Shown: positions 57,208-64,000 of the stretch, piece after piece
Numbering within the stretch: the first letter of the stretch is position 1
How the letters are laid out: each line of letters opens with the position of its first letter
NCBI GenBank assembly: GCA_965203805.1
Contig: OZ241917.1
Span: forward strand, 3,200,001-3,264,000
DNA: 64,000 nucleotides
From: Candidatus Latescibacterota bacterium
GTDB lineage: Bacteria > Latescibacterota > UBA2968 > GCA-2709665
Direction of reading: 5' to 3'
Program-made: the position numbers and the translations under genes
The notes under the pieces: generated by a model
Databases searched by the model: none
What the model saw: the letters and a program-made list of their open reading frames with translations, nothing else
What the model was told of the DNA's origin: nothing

Positions 57208-58020
57208 TTGTCTTACCAGGAAGTAATCACCCAACTCAAGGCGCAGGTCCAGCAGATCGCCCATCAGTTGATCAATGCCTCGCCCCGGATCGCCGGCGCG
57301 CTTGCACTGGCGTTGCTGGGGCTGGCGCTGGCTTACCTGGCCCGCGCGCTCAGCCACAGGTTGATCGCGGGGCTGGACCGGCTGTTTCCGCGCCTCAGTC
57401 TGACCAAAGGACGGGGGGCGGAGTTCAGGACGGCGGCAGGCTGGGCCGTCGGGCGCGTGCTCTTCTGGCTGGTCCTGCTCTTTTTTCTCACCGTGGCCAC
57501 CGAAATACTGGGCCTCCCGGTGGTGTCCTATTGGCTCAACGGCATTGTCGTCTATCTGCCGCGGTTCCTCGCGGCCGTCCTGATCCTGTTCGCGGGCCTG
57601 GTCGGAGGACAGTTTCTCAGGGACGTCATCGTGGCGACGGGCCTGTCCCACGCGACGGCGCTTGCCCGCCTCGGCCAGGTGGCGGTGGTGGTCGCAAGCG
57701 CCCTGATCGCCGTGAACCAGGCGGGGCTGAACGTCGACCTGCTGACCGGCGGGCTGCTGCTCGTTTTCGGAATCGCCCTCCTCGGCAGCGCACTGACGTT
57801 TGCTCTGGGCGCCCGTACCACCGTAGCCAACATACTGGCCTCGTACTATCTGCAGAAAACCTACCGGGTCGGCCACCGGGTCAGCATTGAGAACTACCAG
57901 GGAGAGATCGTTCAGATCACCGCCACCGCCGTGGTTCTGGATGCCGGGGAGGGGCGAATCTCGGTTCCGGCGTCGGTCTTTGCCGAACAGGCGTCAATTC
58001 TGCTCGTAGAGAGGAAATGA
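57208..58020 (+). CDS. Mechanosensitive-channel/CmpX-like membrane protein
   Basis: YLPRFLAAVLIL conserved TM helix, FALG...VANILA, and an MscS-like beta domain (GEIVQI). Confidence 0.8.
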   Translation: MSYQEVITQLKAQVQQIAHQLINASPRIAGALALALLGLALAYLARALSHRLIAGLDRLFPRLSLTKGRGAEFRTAAGWAVGRVLFWLVLLFFLTVATEILGLPVVSYWLNGIVVYLPRFLAAVLILFAGLVGGQFLRDVIVATGLSHATALARLGQVAVVVASALIAVNQAGLNVDLLTGGLLLVFGIALLGSALTFALGARTTVANILASYYLQKTYRVGHRVSIENYQGEIVQITATAVVLDAGEGRISVPASVFAEQASILLVERK

Positions 58021-58024
58021 GACG

Positions 58025-58882
58025 ATGGACAGGGCATCGAACGTGATCGATCACTTCATCCGCGCCCACGCCGCGGAAGCCGCCCGCGTACTGGAAAACT
58101 GCTCGCTGGACGATCTGGCGGCCTTTTTTGAGGGGATCCCGCCCGATCTGGCGATCTCCCTCTTCAACACGATGGAATCGAGCATTGCGGTGGCCTGTCT
58201 GGAGCGCATGCCGGCGGCGGAAGCCGGCAGCGCCGTGGGCGGGTTGCCGGCGGACCGTGCGGCCCACCTCGTTCGGCGGATGAAGCCGGAGACGACGGCG
58301 GCGATTCTGGAAGCGTTGCCCGACGATTTTACCACGCATCTGAATCGCCTGCTGCGTTACCGTGAGGAGACCGCGGGCGCATTGATGGAGTCGCTGGTTT
58401 TCACCGTCCCGCCGGAGGTCTCCGCCGGCGAGACGCTGGACAGGTTGCGTACAAGCCGGTCCCGCGTTCTGTATTACCTGTATGCGGTGGATCGAGACCG
58501 GATACTGGCGGGCGTTATCAGTCTCAGCGAACTCCTGGGCGCCGATGAAGGAAGCTCCGTCGCCTCGATCATGCGCAGGAAGGTGATGTTCCTGCGGACG
58601 GAAGACTCGCTGGCTTCGGTACTCGTCCATCCTTCCTGGATGGATTATCACGCCCTGCCCGTACTCGACGAGCAGGGCCTGTTCGCCGGGGTGTTGCGTC
58701 ACAAGACCGTCCGTCAACTGGCCGGGAACACGGATCGGCTTCTGCGCCCCGGCCAGGCAGGGACAGCGCTGGGAGAATTGTACCGCATCGGGCTGTCGGC
58801 CATGGCCAAAAGCGCCCTCGGGGCGGAGGACCTCCAGGCGTCCGCTGCCGATCATCCCGGATTCGCAAGGAGTTCCGAATGA
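58025..58882 (+). CDS. MgtE N-domain plus CBS-pair protein (no membrane domain)
   Basis: Helical MgtE_N-like region, YREETAGALM, YLYAVD, ALPVLD. Confidence 0.85.
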   Translation: MDRASNVIDHFIRAHAAEAARVLENCSLDDLAAFFEGIPPDLAISLFNTMESSIAVACLERMPAAEAGSAVGGLPADRAAHLVRRMKPETTAAILEALPDDFTTHLNRLLRYREETAGALMESLVFTVPPEVSAGETLDRLRTSRSRVLYYLYAVDRDRILAGVISLSELLGADEGSSVASIMRRKVMFLRTEDSLASVLVHPSWMDYHALPVLDEQGLFAGVLRHKTVRQLAGNTDRLLRPGQAGTALGELYRIGLSAMAKSALGAEDLQASAADHPGFARSSE

Positions 58883-60198
58883 TGGAGAACACGAGGGCTT
58901 CGCAGGCCCTTATCCGCGCCTATTTTCGACGCCACCCCGGTGAGGCCGCCCGGGCGCTGGCCTCGACGCCCGTCCCCGAGGCTCTCGATCTGCTTGAAAT
59001 CCAGGCAGGGGGCCGGGCCGCGCAGGTCTTCGAACGCATGGACCCGGATCGGGCCGTGGCGCTCATGGAACACATGGAGGAGCCCCTGTTCCGGAGGCTC
59101 TGGGGGGCGATGGACGAAGGCGTCGCCGCCTCACTCCTCGCCCGGCTGTCGCCGGAGAACCGTTCCGCGCGTCTTTCCTCGCTGCCTGTGAGGCTGGCCG
59201 GCGAAATGAAAGAACTGATGAGCTACCCGAACGGGTCGGCCGGGCAGATCATGGATTGCTCGGTCACCGTTTTCAGCGCCGAGGAGTCCGCGGAGGAAGC
59301 GCTCACCCGCATCCGCTCGTTTCCGGAGCGCCGCATTCTGGATCTGTGTGTCGTGGATGATGACGGGAAGCTGACGGCGGTGCTTCCGCTGCAGGAAGTC
59401 GCGGTCGCCCAGCCCGAAGACCGCCTTGGACAACTGGCGCATGGCCCGCCTGTCTACGTGCAGGCCATGTCATCGCGGGAGGAAGTGGTTGAACTGCTCG
59501 AGGCCCACAAATTGGCGTCGCTGCCTGTAATCGGCGGCGTCGACGGGCGGCTTTGCGGAATCATCCGGCACGACGCCCTGGTGGTGGCCGCCAGGCACGA
59601 TGCAAGCGAAAACGTGCAGACGATGGTCGGCGCCGGCAGAGAAGAACGCGCCCTTTCCGGGCCGGCGCTTGCCGTGCGCAACCGGATGCCATGGCTGCAG
59701 GTCAATCTGGGCACGGCCTTTCTGGCAGCCGCGGCGGTCGCTCTGTTCGAGGATACCATCGCCAGGTTTACCGCGCTGGCCGTATTTCTTCCGGTGGTTG
59801 CGGGCCAGGCCGGCAATACCGGCGCACAGGCGCTGGCCGTGGCCTCCCGCGGTCTGGCGCTGCGCGAGTTCAGGCCGCGCCGGTGGTTTCCCGTTGCCCG
59901 CAAGGAACTGCTGGCCGGGTTTGTCAACGGACTCTCGGTGGCGCTGGTCGCGTCTCTGGCGGCCTACCTGTGGTCCGGAACGACCGGGCTTCCCCTCGTT
60001 CTGGGCGTGTCCATGGTGTTTTCCATGTCCATGGCCAGTCTCACGGGGGCGCTCATTCCCATTGTGCTTACGGCCCTGGGAAAGGACCCGGCGCAGTCGG
60101 CGTCGATCTTCCTGACCACCGTAACCGACGTCATCGGGTTCGTCAGCTTTCTGGGCCTGGCCACACTGATGGCGACATCGTTCGGGATGACACTGTAG
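58879..60198 (+). CDS. mgtE: Magnesium transporter MgtE
   Basis: CBS pair, RMPWLQVNL, AGNTGAQ, DPA, TTVTDVIG. Confidence 0.92.
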   Translation: MMENTRASQALIRAYFRRHPGEAARALASTPVPEALDLLEIQAGGRAAQVFERMDPDRAVALMEHMEEPLFRRLWGAMDEGVAASLLARLSPENRSARLSSLPVRLAGEMKELMSYPNGSAGQIMDCSVTVFSAEESAEEALTRIRSFPERRILDLCVVDDDGKLTAVLPLQEVAVAQPEDRLGQLAHGPPVYVQAMSSREEVVELLEAHKLASLPVIGGVDGRLCGIIRHDALVVAARHDASENVQTMVGAGREERALSGPALAVRNRMPWLQVNLGTAFLAAAAVALFEDTIARFTALAVFLPVVAGQAGNTGAQALAVASRGLALREFRPRRWFPVARKELLAGFVNGLSVALVASLAAYLWSGTTGLPLVLGVSMVFSMSMASLTGALIPIVLTALGKDPAQSASIFLTTVTDVIGFVSFLGLATLMATSFGMTL

Positions 60199-60204
60199 CG
60201 TAAC

Positions 60205-61220
60205 GGCGAAGGAAGAAGGAAGATCGAAGAAGGAAGAAGGAAGAAGAAAAACCTGAGAGCGGTGAGACGGGAGAAGGAAAAATTAAGAATGAAGAATTAA
60301 GAATGAAAACCTAAAAGCGGTGAGACGTAAGAGGGTAGACGGTAGATGACATCTTTGCCCGATTGGTTCGTCCCTTATGCCTGCGGCAAAAAGTGTAACC
60401 GGACGCGGCGGACAATCTCTCCCGTCTCCCGTCTTACGCCTACCCTTTTCGAGACCTACCCGCTAACCCCCTTCCTGCGAGGAAGGGGGTTAGCGGGATC
60501 CTATCGCGTGGCGTTCGTTACCCTTTCCTTATAGGAGAGGGTCCCTGCCTGGCGATGGTTTTTCGGCAGGCAGGGGGGAGAGGTCTGCGGGGCTGGGGGT
60601 GAGGACGCTTTCGCTTCAAGCTGACTGCTGGTTTCTGGTTTGGTTTTCTTTGTGTCTTCGTGTCTTTGTGTGAGCCGATTTTCGCTTTTGATCTTGGCTA
60701 TAGGTTGAGAGCCAACCGCTCTCCTCATCAATAAGACGCCTATTGATCTACGAACGGATCTACTGACCGGAGGACGACCAGAGCAGAGCGCGCTGATCCG
60801 TCCGGCGACGCGGTTCGATGTGCCTCCGAGGTTGTCAGGGCAGAGGATCCTGTGCATCCTGTAAGCGTGTTCGCGCTATGCATATGGCAGGCCCCACCTG
60901 CCTGCCGCGCGGGGCTTGGCGCAGGCAGGCGCCCAGTGGAGACTTTTGGTTCCTTTTGGTCGCTTCAAAAGGAACACGCCGTAGGCAGGGAACTGTAAAA
61001 AATTAAGAATGAAGACCTGAAAGCGGTGAGAGGGTAGAGGGTAGATGAAGGCGGTGAGACGGGAGACGGTAGATGATGACGTTACCACAGTGTTTTTCAC
61101 GCTAACCGTGCCTGTTTCTTTACCGATATGGTAACGACAAGAAAGACCATAGGGCACTGATGTCCTCTCCCGTCTTACGTCTCACGTCTCACCAGGGGGG
61201 GAGAGGGGTTGGGTGGAAAG
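60205..61220. repeat. Non-coding repeat mosaic 4
   Basis: Concatenates the modules of mosaic 2 and the right half of mosaic 1, plus two family-H elements. Confidence 0.85.
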
Positions 61221-61226
61221 CTCCCG

Positions 61227-62003
61227 CTATTTCCCGCCCTGACCGCCTGACTTTATATTCCCGATCAACTCGATGATGTCGTCCGTAACGTCCATTACGT
61301 GAACCCCCGCTGGCACGACGAATTCGAATTGTCCTTCGTTGAACTTTACGTTTGTCTTCATCGTCTCAAACCGCCGCGACAGCAGTTCCCGGCCCTGCGC
61401 GTTATAGTACCTCATCTCCCGTAACAGGCCATCCTCCGGGTGGACCGAGAAACGGACCCGGGCAGGCGGTTCCGGCAGGTCCGCATACAGCAGCGTGACC
61501 TCGGGTACGGCCTCGAACACGCGAAGGATCTCGCCCTTCAACGTGTCCGTCGCGGAATAGCGGATCGACTTCCACTCCAGCGCCCGGAAGGGGCGCAAGG
61601 GATTCGGCTGGTCCGCGTCCGCCTCGACCCGCGTCGACCGGTAGACCCTCGCCGTGTTGACACGATAGACGATCTTCTCCTCGGGGTCGTATCGCCACAA
61701 CAGGCTGCCGTCCGACACAATCGTCTGGCGGATCCGGCCGGCCAGCACACGCGTCACGTACATCCTGACCGGCGCCTGTATGGCGATATCGTCCAGAATC
61801 TCATATTGCTCGCCCTCCACGGTCAGCAGCGTTCTGACCCGGGTCTCACAGGTCTTAACCGATTTCAGCTTTTCCTGAATCGCGACCATCAGACCATCGG
61901 TTTTGGAATCGCCGGTTGACATTTTTTCCGCGCTCGCCCTTCCTCCCATTGCCGCCACACACAGCGCAAGAAAGAACGCCGGCGTTATCCGAACGGTAAA
62001 CAT
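61227..62003 (-). CDS. LolA-like outer-membrane lipoprotein carrier/sorting protein
   Basis: Signal peptide; IVSDGSLLWRYDP and FEFVVPAGVHV are typical of the LolA fold. Confidence 0.75.
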   Translation of the reverse strand: MFTVRITPAFFLALCVAAMGGRASAEKMSTGDSKTDGLMVAIQEKLKSVKTCETRVRTLLTVEGEQYEILDDIAIQAPVRMYVTRVLAGRIRQTIVSDGSLLWRYDPEEKIVYRVNTARVYRSTRVEADADQPNPLRPFRALEWKSIRYSATDTLKGEILRVFEAVPEVTLLYADLPEPPARVRFSVHPEDGLLREMRYYNAQGRELLSRRFETMKTNVKFNEGQFEFVVPAGVHVMDVTDDIIELIGNIKSGGQGGK

Positions 62004-62069
62004 GACGGAACTCCTTTCACGGCCGACAGGTTGCGAACTCCTGCCCTCGCATCCATCGTCAGGCGCCCG

Positions 62070-62810
62070 CTACAATTTACGGAAGATGACTCCCACAACC
62101 AGCCCCGCGGCCAGCGCCACGACAACCGAGACCACGCCGTACAGCCCCCCGTTCCGGAAGGCGACGTTGGAAATCGCCCGAACAAGCCCGGTTTTTTCGA
62201 CTGAAAACGTCCGGACCGTCTCCGAAACCGGATGGTGTTCCCGGAAGCAGTAGAGTGTCGCGCGATAGGTTCCGGGGCGCACTGCCGCCGGAATCCGGAA
62301 CTCAGATCGAAAAACGTTGAATGCGCCTTCCCTGTCCGACAACGCAATGGACGCGGGGCGCACCGCGTAGAATCCGCGTTGGGTCTCCAGACGCAGGAAC
62401 TCGTTGAACACGAATCCGTCATCGCCGGGAGGCGACTGTTCGATGGCGACGCTTTGCCGAAGCGCGTCAACTCCTTCCCCGATGGCTGCCAACTGCCGTG
62501 CGACGTCCGACGAATCGCTCGAAGCGGCGATCGCATAAAGGCCCGGCAGCGAGTCGAAGACGACACGGCCCGTGTTCATCCACAAAAGGCCGCGCTTTTC
62601 CTTTCTGCGATAGGCGACGGCGCGCGGTTCCCCATCCAGTTTCAAAACGACCCGGCAATCTTTCGGAACCGCCCCGGTTGCGACAAGCCTTGCGCCCCGG
62701 AAGAAAAGGTCGACCTCAACCCGCGAAGGAGACAACTGGAGCGACGGTTCCGCCGCACAGGGCGCGGAAAGAAGCGTCGTCAACAACCAGACCCAGACCC
62801 GGCCGGTCAT
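62070..62810 (-). CDS. Conserved transmembrane partner of TauE (TIGR02186-like)
   Basis: FFRGA, RRKEKRGLLWMN, FRIPA...GTY, VEKTG and a C-terminal TM helix LYGVVSVVVALAAG; overlaps the TauE stop. Confidence 0.8.
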   Translation of the reverse strand: MTGRVWVWLLTTLLSAPCAAEPSLQLSPSRVEVDLFFRGARLVATGAVPKDCRVVLKLDGEPRAVAYRRKEKRGLLWMNTGRVVFDSLPGLYAIAASSDSSDVARQLAAIGEGVDALRQSVAIEQSPPGDDGFVFNEFLRLETQRGFYAVRPASIALSDREGAFNVFRSEFRIPAAVRPGTYRATLYCFREHHPVSETVRTFSVEKTGLVRAISNVAFRNGGLYGVVSVVVALAAGLVVGVIFRKL

Positions 62811-63799
62811 CCGCGACCTCCCAGGACGGTAAGCAGAACAGGTGGTTCCGAGAGAAGCTCGACCAGCATGATCCCCATCACCAGGAGCACAATTGCCGCG
62901 AGAAACACCTTGAACTGCTCCGCCCCCAGACGCCGGCCGATCCGCACACCCGCCTGCGTCCCCAGCGTTGAGCCCGCAAGCAGCATCAAGGCAAGCACGA
63001 AGTCCACGGTATGGTTCGTAAAGGCATGCAAGAGGGTCACGTTGATGCAGGTAAACATCACTTGCAGGAGGCTGGTCCCGACCACCACCGGCATGGGCAT
63101 CTTCAACACGTACAGCATTGTCGGTACCATAATGAAGCCGCCGCCCACCCCCATAATCGCAGCGAGCATACCCACCAGGATTCCGAGGCCCAGCGGAACC
63201 AGCACGGACATGGTCGTACCGGCTGTTTCGAACCGAATTCTCCACGGCAACGCCCGGTTGAGCCCGGAAAACCAGGACGCCACCCGCGCCATCCGGTTCA
63301 CCAGGGCCAGAGGACGTTCCGCCCAGGTAATCCGGAACTCCTTCCTCGGGCGGCCCGCCGCCTTTGCCGCGGTTCCCGCGCGCAACCCCACGAACCCGTC
63401 CACAAACATAATGCCGCCCACCGACGCCAGCATGAGCACGTAGCTGATGTGGATGACCAGGTCCGCGCTCCCGGCGGCCCGCAGCACCTTGATCAGTTGC
63501 ACGCCGGCCGTACCGCCCGCGAAGCCGCCGACAATCAGAACGGCAGCCATCCGCAGATCCACGTTTTTCAACCGCCAGTGGGCATAGACGCCGGACGCCG
63601 ACGCCGCCACGATCTGATTGGCGTCGGATGCCGCGGCAATCGTGGGCGGGATTCCGATCATAATCAGCAGAGGCGTCAGCAGAAACCCGCCGCCCACGCC
63701 GAACAGACCGGAGAGCACGCCCACGCCGGCCCCCAGTGCCAACAGAAGCCACAAGTTGACGCTCGTTCCCGCTATAGGCAGGTACAGGGAGAGATCCAC
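62807..63799 (-). CDS. Sulfite exporter TauE/SafE family protein
   Basis: LYLPIAG, GLFGVGGGFLLTP, MGVGGGFIMVP, VVGTSL; GTG start after AGGAGG. Confidence 0.92.
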   Translation of the reverse strand: MDLSLYLPIAGTSVNLWLLLALGAGVGVLSGLFGVGGGFLLTPLLIMIGIPPTIAAASDANQIVAASASGVYAHWRLKNVDLRMAAVLIVGGFAGGTAGVQLIKVLRAAGSADLVIHISYVLMLASVGGIMFVDGFVGLRAGTAAKAAGRPRKEFRITWAERPLALVNRMARVASWFSGLNRALPWRIRFETAGTTMSVLVPLGLGILVGMLAAIMGVGGGFIMVPTMLYVLKMPMPVVVGTSLLQVMFTCINVTLLHAFTNHTVDFVLALMLLAGSTLGTQAGVRIGRRLGAEQFKVFLAAIVLLVMGIMLVELLSEPPVLLTVLGGRG

Positions 63800-64000
63800 G
63801 CCGTCCTCCTGAAAAACGCGCTGCGAGACGCGAACGAGACAGCTCTCATAATCTCCCACGCGGGGTGAAAAGTCAAGCGGAAACCCGGGTTCAACGTCCG
63901 CCACGGACGCGGTAATCTCCGCCGGAACGGGGCCCGGTCGGCGCACGAAAAACCGCGGCCGCCCAGTGCTCAGGCCGTCCCAATTTCTCTTTCAAATTCG

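Noticed and set aside
57208-60198. MscS-like, CBS and mgtE cluster as a novel system
   Set aside because: A recognisable magnesium-transport neighbourhood with no unusual features seen.

Overview
GC-rich bacterial chromosomal window from a diderm heterotroph (outer-membrane beta-barrels, LolA-like protein, SMC); the lineage cannot be fixed from sequence alone. 1-14.8 kb: catabolic and transport genes, including a six-gene minus-strand cluster whose M20 (AbgB-like) amidohydrolase has an in-frame TGA exactly at the conserved metal-ligand Cys, followed by a SECIS-like hairpin (candidate non-redox selenoprotein). 15.1-18.7 kb: smc. 18.9-33.6 kb: a co-oriented accessory array headed by a YtrA-type GntR regulator and an ABC ATPase, with two permease/LVIVD-like fusions, TlpA-type redoxins, redoxin gene fragments, an S41 peptidase and a Kelch protein. 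33.6-38.6 kb: a variable, partly AT-richer island with a MITE-disrupted gene, an MjaI-like restriction-modification pair and an NYN (PIN-fold) nuclease. The NYN 5' leader overlaps an antisense three-hairpin small RNA that has its own promoter and terminator; a second, orphan copy lies 3.7 kb away (candidate RNA-antitoxin system). 38.7-64 kb: housekeeping genes (modBC, epmA, pepA, pyrE, mgtE, sulfatase, TauE) separated by four long non-coding mosaics of palindromic repeat families. No rRNA, tRNA, CRISPR array, integrase or transposase was seen. All calls come from reading by eye; no searches or folding programs were run.
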